Positions 55,207 through 64,000 of a stretch of 64,000 nt of DNA are shown piece by piece. Numbering within the stretch: the stretch's first letter is position 1; each line of letters starts with the position of its first letter. Position numbers and translations under genes: made by a program. The notes below the pieces were generated by a model. The model searched no databases. It worked only from the letters and a program-made list of their open reading frames with translations, and was not told the DNA's origin. The DNA is from an uncultured virus (IMG/VR IMGVR_UViG_3300025120_000022) (lineage: Duplodnaviria; Heunggongvirae; Uroviricota; Caudoviricetes), in the IMG/VR virus record IMGVR_UViG_3300025120_000022. One strand, written 5' to 3'.

Positions 55207-56853
55207 ATGCCTGAAAATATCTATTTGGGGAATCCTAACCTTAAAAAGGCAAACACCCCAATTGAATTTACACAAGAACAGATTGCTGAATTTATTAAGT
55301 GTAAGCAAGATCCTGTTTACTTTGCACGGAATTATGTAAAGATTGTGAGTTTGGATGAAGGTCTTGTTCCTTTCAAACCATACGACTTTCAAGAGAAGTT
55401 AATTTCTAACTTCCATGAGAATAGATTTAATATTTGTAAGATGCCACGTCAGACTGGTAAATCTACTACTTCTGTATCATACCTTTTGCACTATGCAGTA
55501 TTCAATGATAGTGTTAATATAGGTATCCTAGCAAACAAAGCAGCAACTGCAAGAGATCTTCTTGGAAGATTACAAACTGCATACGAGAACTTGCCCAAAT
55601 GGATGCAGCAGGGTGTTGTAGTGTGGAACAAAGGTTCGTTGGAGTTGGAAAATGGGAGTAAAATACTGGCAGCATCTACGTCTGCAAGTGCTGTCCGAGG
55701 TATGTCATTCAACATCCTATTTCTAGACGAGTTCGCATTCGTCCCGAACCATATTGCTGACTCGTTCTTTGCCTCGGTTTATCCTACTATTACTTCTGGT
55801 AAAAGCACCAAAGTAATTATTGTATCTACGCCTCACGGTATGAATCATTTCTACCGTCTGTGGCATGATGCAGAAAAAGGTAAAAATGATTATGTCCCTA
55901 CAGATGTTCATTGGTCGGAAGTTCCAGGTAGAGATGATGTCTGGAAAGAACAAACAATTGCTAACACATCAGAGCAGCAATTCAAGATTGAGTTTGAGTG
56001 CGAATTCCTTGGATCTGTTGATACTCTGATTGCACCAAGTAAATTAAGAAGTTTAGCTTATGATAATCCAATCACCAGGAATGCTGGATTGGATATCTAT
56101 GAAAAACCTAGAGAGGGCAGAGATTATGTCTGCACTGTTGACGTTGCACGAGGAGTCAGTTTAGACTATTCTGCTTTTATTGTTGTAGATATTACTGAAT
56201 TCCCACATAAGGTAGTAGCAAAGTATCGGAATAATGATATAAAACCGATGCTATTTCCCAATATTATATACGAAGTAGTAAGAAATTATAATAATTCATT
56301 TGTTCTTTGTGAAGTAAATGACGTTGGAGACCAAGTTGCTTCAATTTTAAACTATGATCTTGAGTATCAAAATCTACTGATGTGTTCAATGCGTGGTAGA
56401 GCAGGTCAAATTGTAGGACAGGGATTCTCCGGTAAGAAGACACAACTTGGTGTCAAGATGAGTAAGACTGTGAAACAAGTTGGATCACTCAATCTAAAGA
56501 CAATGATTGAAGAAGATAAAGTAATCTTCAACGATTATGAAATTATATCTGAATTGACTACTTTCATTCAGAAGCGTAATTCATTTGAAGCAGAAGAAGG
56601 TTGCAACGATGACCTTGCAATGTGTCTTGTAATCTATGCATGGTTAGTTCAACAAGATTATTTCAAAGAACTTACTGATCAGGATGTAAGAAAAAGATTA
56701 TATGAAGAACAGAAGAATCAGATCGAACAAGATATGGCACCGTTTGGATTTATGTCTGATGGTTTAGATGAGACTAGTTTTGTAGATGCTGATGGAGATA
56801 CATGGACCACTGATGAGTATGGTGATAGATCTTTTATGTGGGAATACCAATAA
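55207..56853 (+). CDS. gp17: Terminase large subunit
   Basis: PRQTGKST, ILFLDEFAF, IIVSTP.G and DDLAM motifs; no intein. Confidence 0.97.
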   Translation: MPENIYLGNPNLKKANTPIEFTQEQIAEFIKCKQDPVYFARNYVKIVSLDEGLVPFKPYDFQEKLISNFHENRFNICKMPRQTGKSTTSVSYLLHYAVFNDSVNIGILANKAATARDLLGRLQTAYENLPKWMQQGVVVWNKGSLELENGSKILAASTSASAVRGMSFNILFLDEFAFVPNHIADSFFASVYPTITSGKSTKVIIVSTPHGMNHFYRLWHDAEKGKNDYVPTDVHWSEVPGRDDVWKEQTIANTSEQQFKIEFECEFLGSVDTLIAPSKLRSLAYDNPITRNAGLDIYEKPREGRDYVCTVDVARGVSLDYSAFIVVDITEFPHKVVAKYRNNDIKPMLFPNIIYEVVRNYNNSFVLCEVNDVGDQVASILNYDLEYQNLLMCSMRGRAGQIVGQGFSGKKTQLGVKMSKTVKQVGSLNLKTMIEEDKVIFNDYEIISELTTFIQKRNSFEAEEGCNDDLAMCLVIYAWLVQQDYFKELTDQDVRKRLYEEQKNQIEQDMAPFGFMSDGLDETSFVDADGDTWTTDEYGDRSFMWEYQ

Positions 56854-57080
56854 TGGACTTTGATGAGCAGTTTGGATTAGAACATCTACTGTTCAAAGAA
56901 AGAAAATGTAGGATTTGTGGTGTCACTAAAGATTTAATTGATGGATTTTATTTGATTAGAAAAAATAGAGGCATGTATCCATCATCATATTCTTACGAGT
57001 GTAAGGAGTGTACGAAGAAAAGAGTAATTGAATATAGAAAAGAAAAGAATAGGATTACAGACATATATCCTGATTGGTAG
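56853..57080 (+). CDS. Small zinc-finger protein
   Basis: CRIC...CKEC; TAATG coupling. Confidence 0.75.
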   Translation: MDFDEQFGLEHLLFKERKCRICGVTKDLIDGFYLIRKNRGMYPSSYSYECKECTKKRVIEYRKEKNRITDIYPDW

Positions 57081-57163
57081 TGTTCATGCACAGTTTCCCC
57101 ACTCTACAAGTTCAAAATTCTAAATAGTTTTAGTAAAAATGAATCTTCGGTCGAGGAAAAGAC

Positions 57164-59587
57164 ATGTCGCTTAACCTAGTATCCCCCGGCGTCAAGGTAA
57201 GAGAAGTTGACTTAACAATCGGTAGAGTGGATGCTGCAAATGACCAAGTTGGTGCAATTGCAGGTCCATTTGAAAAGGGACCAATTAATGTTCCCATTCT
57301 GATTGAAACAGAGCAAGATCTTCTTAAAACCTTTGGTAAGCCAATTACAACCGACGCACAGTGTGACTACTGGTTAAGTGCGTCTTCATACCTTTCTTAT
57401 GGTGGAACTCTAAGAGTTCTCAGATCTGATGAATCTGCTGGCAGTTATTTAAATAATGCAAACAACGATGGTTCCAGTGGTGTTAAAATTAAATCCTATG
57501 AGGATTATGTAAATAACCACAGTTCTGTTAGCGTTTCTTGGGAGTATGCAGCAAAAAATCCCGGAAAGTGGGCAAACAAACTTAAGGTCTGCACTATTGA
57601 TGGTGCTGCTGACCAAATCATCTCTGGTATCAATGTTTCTGGACTTACGGTCGGAATGGGTGTAACCCAGACCATTGCAGGAAGAGTAAATGCTGGTTCT
57701 GGAAGCACTTCTGCATATGATGGTTTCCTGAGAGGAATCATCACAGAAGTTGGTACTGGTCAAGTCTCAGTTAAAGTTACTGATAGAGTTGCTGCTAACG
57801 GAACTTCTAGTGCTGCTGGTTATCAAGAAGGAGGTTCACTGTCATTTGTTACTCCTTCTACAACAACCACAACCACTAATACTGCAATTGGTTCAACTGC
57901 TGGTGCTATTAACGAAGCAGTTGATGCTTCTATCACTGGCGTCACCACAACTTCTGCTGGCGGTGGCATGACTCAGAATGTCGCAATCGGAGACGTTGTT
58001 ACCGTAACTGGTGGTAATTCAACAGTTCCTACCGGTGCTAAGGTTGTTGCTATTGGTGTTGGTACAGTATTCGTTGATCAAGCAATCAGCGGTATCAGTA
58101 CTATTGGAGATGGTGCAGTCTTTACCTTCACAAGATCTTCTTCTACAACCACTTCCGCTAACGATCTAGTTGTTAAGAACACTGCTGCTGCAGGAATTGC
58201 AACTTACACTTCTGCTACTCTTGCTGATTGGTATAACACTCAGACTCTGGGACTTACAAATTCCACAGTTTCCTGGAAGTCAATCGCACAGAAACCCGGA
58301 ACTTCTCAGTATGCTTCTGAGAGAAGTGCAAAGAACGATGAAATCCACGTAGTCGTAGTTGATGATACCGGTTCTGTAACCGGAACTGCTGGAAACATTG
58401 TTGAAAAGTTTACCTTCCTCACCAAATCATCTGATGGTACTATCTCTCCAACCGAGGCAGTATTCTATAAGAACACCCTTGCTCGTCTTTCCGATTATGT
58501 CTTCTCTGGATCGCATCCAGTTGGAGTATCTGGTGGACTTACTTCTGGATCGGGTGGTGCATTTACTGCAGCAACTGGAGCATGGGGTGGAGTTGCACAA
58601 GGAACAACGTTTAACGTTGAAGGTGCAAAAACCTATAATCTCACCGCTGGTAAGAACTACACTTCTACCGATGGATTTGCTGCAACTCCTGCAGACATTG
58701 TATCTTCCTATGAAGTTCTTAAGAATCCTGCTGAATATCCAGTTGACTTCTTAATCAATGGACCTTCTGGTGGAACTTCTGTTTTTGATTCACAAGCAAA
58801 GGCAAATAAACTGATTGAAATTGCTGAACTTAGAAAGGATTGTATCGCTTGTATCTCTCCTCACAGCACTGGTGTTGTCAATGAATCAAACTCTGATACA
58901 CAGACAGAGAATATTATCAAATTCTATGATAGTGTAACTTCATCTTCCTATGCAGTCTTTGACTCAGGATATAAGTACACCTTCGATAGATTCAACAATG
59001 AATTCCGTTATATTCCGTGTAACGCTGACGTTGCTGGTCTGATGGCAAGAACTTCAATCAACCAGTTCTCCTGGTTCTCACCTGCTGGTTCCTCCCGAGG
59101 AGCAATCAACGGTGCAGTTAAACTTGCTTACAATCCTACCCAGGCGCAAAGAGATCTAATCTATCCTAAGAGAATTAACCCAATCGTGGCACAACCAGGA
59201 TCTGGAATCCTCCTCTTTGGTGATAAGACTGGACTTTCATTCGCTTCTGCATTCGATAGAATCAATGTTCGTCGTCTATTCCTCACCATTGAGGATTCGA
59301 TCGAGAGAGCAGCAAAGGATCAACTTTTTGAATTCAACGATGTTATCACGAGATCCAACTTCATCAATATTGTTGAACCATTCCTTCGTGATGTTAAGGC
59401 AAAGAGAGGTGTTACAGAGTTTGTCGTAATCTGCGATGAAACCAACAATACCCCAGACATAGTTGACTCTAATCAGTTTAGAGCAGACATCTTTGTCAAA
59501 CCCGCAAGATCCATCAACTTCATCGGTCTTACATTCGTTGCTACTCGCACCGGAGTAAGTTTTGAAGAAGTAGTTGGTAACGTTTAA
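57164..59587 (+). CDS. gp18: Tail sheath protein
   Basis: VSPGVKVREVDLT, WFSPAG..RG, FDRINVRRLF and IFVKPARSINFI motifs. Confidence 0.97.
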   Translation: MSLNLVSPGVKVREVDLTIGRVDAANDQVGAIAGPFEKGPINVPILIETEQDLLKTFGKPITTDAQCDYWLSASSYLSYGGTLRVLRSDESAGSYLNNANNDGSSGVKIKSYEDYVNNHSSVSVSWEYAAKNPGKWANKLKVCTIDGAADQIISGINVSGLTVGMGVTQTIAGRVNAGSGSTSAYDGFLRGIITEVGTGQVSVKVTDRVAANGTSSAAGYQEGGSLSFVTPSTTTTTTNTAIGSTAGAINEAVDASITGVTTTSAGGGMTQNVAIGDVVTVTGGNSTVPTGAKVVAIGVGTVFVDQAISGISTIGDGAVFTFTRSSSTTTSANDLVVKNTAAAGIATYTSATLADWYNTQTLGLTNSTVSWKSIAQKPGTSQYASERSAKNDEIHVVVVDDTGSVTGTAGNIVEKFTFLTKSSDGTISPTEAVFYKNTLARLSDYVFSGSHPVGVSGGLTSGSGGAFTAATGAWGGVAQGTTFNVEGAKTYNLTAGKNYTSTDGFAATPADIVSSYEVLKNPAEYPVDFLINGPSGGTSVFDSQAKANKLIEIAELRKDCIACISPHSTGVVNESNSDTQTENIIKFYDSVTSSSYAVFDSGYKYTFDRFNNEFRYIPCNADVAGLMARTSINQFSWFSPAGSSRGAINGAVKLAYNPTQAQRDLIYPKRINPIVAQPGSGILLFGDKTGLSFASAFDRINVRRLFLTIEDSIERAAKDQLFEFNDVITRSNFINIVEPFLRDVKAKRGVTEFVVICDETNNTPDIVDSNQFRADIFVKPARSINFIGLTFVATRTGVSFEEVVGNV

Positions 59588-59615
59588 TTCATTCACACAA
59601 TAGAGGAAACATCTA

Positions 59616-60251
59616 ATGGCAAACCGTAACGCTCCAAATACCAAGGATAGAACCCTTGATGCATTTAAGGGCAGGATGATCGGTGGAGGTGCAAGACCCA
59701 ATCTATTTGAGTGTGAATTGTACTTCCCCGATGACGCTATCCCCGAAGGAACATCGAAGGATGCTTTAACCGACAGAACTCGTTTCATGATTAAAGCGGC
59801 AAACCTTCCTGCTTCTAACATCTCCCCAATCAATATTCCTTTCAGAGGTAGAAATCTGAAAATTGCGGGAGACAGAACCTTCGATCCATGGACCATCACC
59901 ATCATCAACGATGTTGATTTCACTATCAGAACTGCTTTTGAGAGATGGATGAATCTCATCAATAAGCATGAAGATAATGCTGGAATTACAAATCCAACTG
60001 ATTATCAGCAGGATATGTATGTTAAGCAACTTGGAAGAGCACAAGTTGGTGGGGTCCAACCAAATAGTGACCCAACTCTTCCTGTACTCAAGCAGTATAG
60101 ATTCTATGGTTCATTCCCAACTAACGTCTCCGATATCGCACTGTCTTACGATAGTTCTGATACGATTGAGGAATTTTCAGTAACCATGGAAGTTCAGTGG
60201 AGTGAAGCACTAAATCCTGACGGCACAAGTCAGTTAGGAACTGGAGTATAA
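59616..60251 (+). CDS. gp19: Tail tube protein
   Basis: GGARPNLF, PFRGR.LKIAGDRTF..WTIT and IEEF.V motifs. Confidence 0.95.
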   Translation: MANRNAPNTKDRTLDAFKGRMIGGGARPNLFECELYFPDDAIPEGTSKDALTDRTRFMIKAANLPASNISPINIPFRGRNLKIAGDRTFDPWTITIINDVDFTIRTAFERWMNLINKHEDNAGITNPTDYQQDMYVKQLGRAQVGGVQPNSDPTLPVLKQYRFYGSFPTNVSDIALSYDSSDTIEEFSVTMEVQWSEALNPDGTSQLGTGV

Positions 60252-60255
60252 ATAG
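60248..60255 (+). promoter_or_regulatory. T4-type late promoter
   Basis: TATAAATA upstream of the portal gene. Confidence 0.8.
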
Positions 60256-60281
60256 TAGAATAATAAGTTCAATCTTTATTA

Positions 60282-61970
60282 ATGTCTAAATTATTTGGTT
60301 TTAAACTACCAGATCCTGGGGCAGGCAAAGCATCAAAAAGCATTGTCTCCCCAGTTCCTCCTACAGATGAGGACAAATCAGATTTTTATCTCTCCAGCGG
60401 TTTCTACGGCCAGTACGTAGATATCGAGGGAGTTTATAAATCTGAGCAGGATTTGATTCGTAGATATCGTGAGATGTGTCTACATCCTGAGTGTGATAGT
60501 GCGATTGAAGATATTGTAAATGAAGCAATTGTTTCTGATCTCAATGACTCACCAGTACAAGTTGAGTTATCAAACCTTCCTGCTTCGGATAAACTAAAAG
60601 ATCTTATTAGAGAAGAGTTTCAAAATATCAAAAACATGATGAACTTCGATAGGAAGGCTCATGAAATCTTTAGGAATTGGTACATTGACGGAAGAGTATT
60701 TTATCATAAAGTAATTGATCTTAAGGATCCATCTGCTGGTATTCAGGATATTAGATATATTGATCCACTCAAAATTCGCTTAGTCCGTAAGCAAGAAAAA
60801 GGTGGACCCAATTCCCAGTCTCCTTTTAATGTTGCACGAAGTGGAAATGATCCATCAGATCCAGAGAATTATAAAGCACCTGAAGTAGAAGAGTATTATC
60901 TTTATGATCCTAACTCTTCACAGAAGAATGGTGGTGGAATTTATCCAAATAGTAATGCAAAAGGTGCTGTAAAGATATCAAAAGATGCAATTGTATTTGT
61001 AACCTCTGGATTGGTAGATAGAAATAAGCAAACAATTTTATCTTATTTGCACAAAGCAATTAAGGCACTTAACCAATTGAGAATGGTTGAAGATAGTCTT
61101 GTTATCTATAGACTGTCAAGAGCACCAGAACGTAGAATTTTCTACATTGATGTTGGTAATCTACCTAAGGTAAAAGCAGAACAGTATCTGCGCGATGTGA
61201 TGAATCGCTATCGTAATAAACTTGTATATAATGCAAACACCGGAGAAATCCGTGATGATAAAAAGCATATGGCAATGCTTGAGGATTTTTGGTTGCCTAG
61301 AAGAGAAGGTGGAAGAGGTACTGAAATTACTACACTACCTGGTGGACAAAACCTTGGAGAATTGGCTGATGTTGATTACTTCCAAACCAAACTCTACAAA
61401 TCACTAAACGTTCCTTCCAGTAGACTTGATAGTTCTGGTGGTTTCAATCTTGGTCGTTCTTCTGAGATTCTGCGTGATGAACTTAAGTTTACCAAGTTTG
61501 TTGGTAGACTGCGTAAGAGATTTTCTGGAATGTTCAACGATATGTTGAAGACCCAGTTGATTCTGAAAAATATTATCACTGCTGATGACTGGCAGGAATT
61601 GGAAGATCACATCCAATACGATTACCTGTACGATAACCACTTTTCTGATCTCAAGGAGAATGAACTTCTCAATGAGCAACTTGGTGTTATTGCTGCGATG
61701 GAACCTTATATGGGCAAATATTTCTCTGCACAATATGTAAGAAATAAAATTCTGAAGCAGACTGAAACTGAAATCATTGAAATGGATGAGCAGATTGAGA
61801 AGGAAATCAAAGATGGGATTCTTCCCGATCCAAATGCTCCTGTTGATCCGAATACTGGATTACCAATTGATCCAAATGCAGATCCAATGAGTCTCGGAGA
61901 ACCTATCAATGACCCAGATTTAGCACAGCAAGAGAAAGCAGTCGAAGCACCCGAAGGTGGTGAGATATAA
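60282..61970 (+). CDS. gp20: Portal protein
   Basis: IYRLSRAPERRIFYIDVGNLP and EDFWLPRREGGRGTEITTLPGG motifs. Confidence 0.97.
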   Translation: MSKLFGFKLPDPGAGKASKSIVSPVPPTDEDKSDFYLSSGFYGQYVDIEGVYKSEQDLIRRYREMCLHPECDSAIEDIVNEAIVSDLNDSPVQVELSNLPASDKLKDLIREEFQNIKNMMNFDRKAHEIFRNWYIDGRVFYHKVIDLKDPSAGIQDIRYIDPLKIRLVRKQEKGGPNSQSPFNVARSGNDPSDPENYKAPEVEEYYLYDPNSSQKNGGGIYPNSNAKGAVKISKDAIVFVTSGLVDRNKQTILSYLHKAIKALNQLRMVEDSLVIYRLSRAPERRIFYIDVGNLPKVKAEQYLRDVMNRYRNKLVYNANTGEIRDDKKHMAMLEDFWLPRREGGRGTEITTLPGGQNLGELADVDYFQTKLYKSLNVPSSRLDSSGGFNLGRSSEILRDELKFTKFVGRLRKRFSGMFNDMLKTQLILKNIITADDWQELEDHIQYDYLYDNHFSDLKENELLNEQLGVIAAMEPYMGKYFSAQYVRNKILKQTETEIIEMDEQIEKEIKDGILPDPNAPVDPNTGLPIDPNADPMSLGEPINDPDLAQQEKAVEAPEGGEI

Positions 61971-61973
61971 ATA
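61966..61973 (+). promoter_or_regulatory. T4-type late promoter
   Basis: TATAAATA. Confidence 0.75.
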
Positions 61974-62004
61974 AATAATAGTTCTCATAATTTTTTGATA
62001 CAAA

Positions 62005-62214
62005 ATGGATGATTTAATGGATATGTTGGTGGGTGCAGAATCATCTCCAACTGAGGTTAGTGACAAAATTAAAGAGATTTTGTATGCTAAATCTTCATCC
62101 AAGATAGATGCAATTCGACCAGAAATTGGTGCTTCTGTATTTGATGAAGTTGAAGTAGAGTCCGAAGAGGACGAAGAGGAAGAAACTCAAACTGGAGACG
62201 AAGATGTTGATTAA
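62005..62214 (+). CDS. Small acidic protein (prohead core-like position)
   Basis: Synteny after the portal gene; acidic tail. Confidence 0.7.
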   Translation: MDDLMDMLVGAESSPTEVSDKIKEILYAKSSSKIDAIRPEIGASVFDEVEVESEEDEEEETQTGDEDVD

Positions 62215-62461
62215 GGTTTTAGCAGCAGAAACAACTTTAGGTACTGCTGGTAATGTTGGTAATGCAACAGTAGTTAGACTCTATAACGGTCACTCTGCTG
62301 CATTGGTCATTTCAAGAACTAATGCAAGTGATTCCGTCATCGGAAGTCTCACGGTAAAAAACGGTGAGACCGTTGATCTTGAAAAAGAACCAACTGATAA
62401 ATTATCTGCCGCTTCAAATGGTGCTTCAGTCAAAGTTGTAAAAGTTGCCTACAGAAACTAA
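62204..62461 (+). CDS. Hypothetical structural protein
   Basis: 85-aa beta-rich ORF. Confidence 0.75.
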   Translation: MLIKVLAAETTLGTAGNVGNATVVRLYNGHSAALVISRTNASDSVIGSLTVKNGETVDLEKEPTDKLSAASNGASVKVVKVAYRN

Positions 62462-62466
62462 GAAAA

Positions 62467-63117
62467 ATGAAACTAATCAGAGAAGAAGTCGAAACAGTAG
62501 AGTACATTACCGAAGGTAAAGGTTCTGCTAAAAAGATGTTCATCGAGGGAACTTTCCTTCAAGGTGACATCAAGAACCGTAACGGTCGTATGTATCCTAT
62601 TTCAACTCTTACAAAAGAAGTTGGTAGATACAATGAAATGTATACCAATAAAGGTAGAGCACTTGGAGAACTTGGTCACCCCGATGGTCCAACAATCAAC
62701 CTTGATCGTGTATCCCATAAAATTGTAACTCTTGAGCAAAGAGGTTCAAACATTTATGGTAAGGCACAACTTCTTAGTACTCCAATGGGTAAGATTGCAC
62801 AGTCACTAATTGGTGAAGGTGTTAAACTTGGAGTTTCTTCTCGTGGTGTTGGTTCATTAAAACTGAACAATGAAGGCATCAATATTGTTGGTGAAGATTT
62901 CATGTTGGCAACCGCTGCAGATATCGTTGCTGATCCATCTGCACCAGACGCTTTTGTTGATGGAATTATGGAAGGAAAAGAATGGGTCTGGGAAGGTGGT
63001 ATCCTTCGCGAAAGATTTTGCAACGATGCTAGAAAGAGGATAAATACTCTTGTTGATCAAAACAGACTTGAAGAAAACAAACTCCAGTTATGGGGTGATT
63101 TTCTATCAAATCTTTAA
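62467..63117 (+). CDS. gp21: Prohead protease
   Basis: NRNGRMYP, GELGHP, GVSSRG and ADPSAPDAFV motifs. Confidence 0.95.
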   Translation: MKLIREEVETVEYITEGKGSAKKMFIEGTFLQGDIKNRNGRMYPISTLTKEVGRYNEMYTNKGRALGELGHPDGPTINLDRVSHKIVTLEQRGSNIYGKAQLLSTPMGKIAQSLIGEGVKLGVSSRGVGSLKLNNEGINIVGEDFMLATAADIVADPSAPDAFVDGIMEGKEWVWEGGILRERFCNDARKRINTLVDQNRLEENKLQLWGDFLSNL

Positions 63118-63119
63118 AT

Positions 63120-63127
63120 TATAAATA
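63120..63127 (+). promoter_or_regulatory. T4-type late promoter
   Basis: TATAAATA upstream of gp22. Confidence 0.8.
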
Positions 63128-63175
63128 AATATAGTTTAATTAACTACAAATAGGTTATTTTCGGAGAGTTCTAAA

Positions 63176-64000
63176 ATGTCCAGTGGCACTAATTTACACG
63201 AAATGGAAGTAGACGTTAAGGAAAACGCTGTAACTGCCGGTGCTAAACCAGCAGAACCAATGGTAAAGCCATCTGGAGCAAGCGTAGAAGATCTTGGCGG
63301 TCCTACCCCAGAAAACTACAAGCCTGACGATGATTCAGCTAAGCTGAAGACTCCAGGCACTACCCTCAAGCAAGTTAGAGATGTTGTTAACAAAGGTGCT
63401 AAACCTGCGGAAGCAATGCCTGCTGGTATGAAGGAAGAGGAGGATTCTGAAATTTCTGACGATCAAGAAGTTGTTTCCGAAGAGGAAGTAACTGAAGAGG
63501 AGGAAATTGCAGAAGAGGAAGAAGTTGTTGTATTAGACATCGATGCCGATGTTGAAGCACTACTTCAAGGCGAAGAACTCTCCGAAGAGTTCCAGGAAAA
63601 AGCAAAGACTATCTTTGAAGCAGCAATCAATGCTAAAGTTGCAGAAATCAAAGAAGACCTGGAAGCATCCTATGCTACTGTTATTGAAGAACAAGTAGCA
63701 GAATTTAAGAATGAAACGACCGAACGTGTCGATTCATATCTTGAGTATGTTTCATCCGAGTGGTTGGAAGAAAACCAACTGACTGTTGAAGAAGGACTTA
63801 AGTCAGAAATGTCTGAGTCGTTCCTCACCGGAATGAAGCAACTTTTTGAAGAACATTATGTTTCAATCCCTGAAGATAGATATGATGTACTTGAGAGCAT
63901 GGTAAATAAACTTGATGAAATGGAAGGAAAACTCAATGAGCAGATCGACAGAAATGTCGCTCTCAATAGAAGATTAGCAGAATCCACATCTGATGGAGTC
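63176..64000 (+). CDS. gp22: Prohead scaffolding protein, 3'-truncated by the window edge
   Basis: Manual translation MSSGTNLHEME...EDLGGPTPENY...LSEEFQEKAKTIFEAA...DSYLEYV..EWLEEN; open to the window end. Confidence 0.92.
   Translation, partial: MSSGTNLHEMEVDVKENAVTAGAKPAEPMVKPSGASVEDLGGPTPENYKPDDDSAKLKTPGTTLKQVRDVVNKGAKPAEAMPAGMKEEEDSEISDDQEVVSEEEVTEEEEIAEEEEVVVLDIDADVEALLQGEELSEEFQEKAKTIFEAAINAKVAEIKEDLEASYATVIEEQVAEFKNETTERVDSYLEYVSSEWLEENQLTVEEGLKSEMSESFLTGMKQLFEEHYVSIPEDRYDVLESMVNKLDEMEGKLNEQIDRNVALNRRLAESTSDGV

Noticed and set aside
59276..59962. 228-aa minus-strand ORF, plus other antisense ORFs such as 12128-12751, 18373-18888 and 19285-19728
   Set aside because: These are shadows of well-supported + strand genes, with no motifs or expression signals.
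55207..61970. Introns or inteins in terminase, sheath or portal genes
   Set aside because: The ORFs are continuous, with no intein or splicing motifs seen.

Overview
This window is part of a T4-like marine cyanomyovirus genome (Kyanoviridae-type, infecting Synechococcus or Prochlorococcus). Almost all genes are on the + strand. It has three parts. (1) 1-7161 holds two tandem modular tail-fibre genes plus an orphan chaperone remnant. (2) ~7.1-24.1 kb is an accessory/early region of many small ORFs with an SF2 helicase, a putative nuclease, a degenerate HNH-like protein, a zincin peptidase, a candidate restriction endonuclease-methyltransferase pair, an orphan HicA-like gene and a ligase-like KxDG protein. 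It is driven by sigma70-type promoters and a repeated palindrome-containing promoter cassette. (3) 24.3-64 kb is the conserved virion morphogenesis module: gp25, gp6, gp7, gp8, VrlC-like, gp13-gp21 and partial gp22, with T4-type late promoters. The most notable unexplained signals are three perfect cyanobacterial-type DnaA boxes (TTTTCCACA) beside an AT-rich tract in a non-coding gap at ~21.8-22.1 kb; a DNA-level conserved 10-mer at tail-fibre module junctions plus an identical 24-bp gene-end repeat, suggesting fibre shuffling; and a decayed DUF4385-like frame overprinted by another ORF. No tRNA, rRNA, CRISPR array, integrase or reverse transcriptase was seen. All family assignments come from motif recognition by eye, not database searches.
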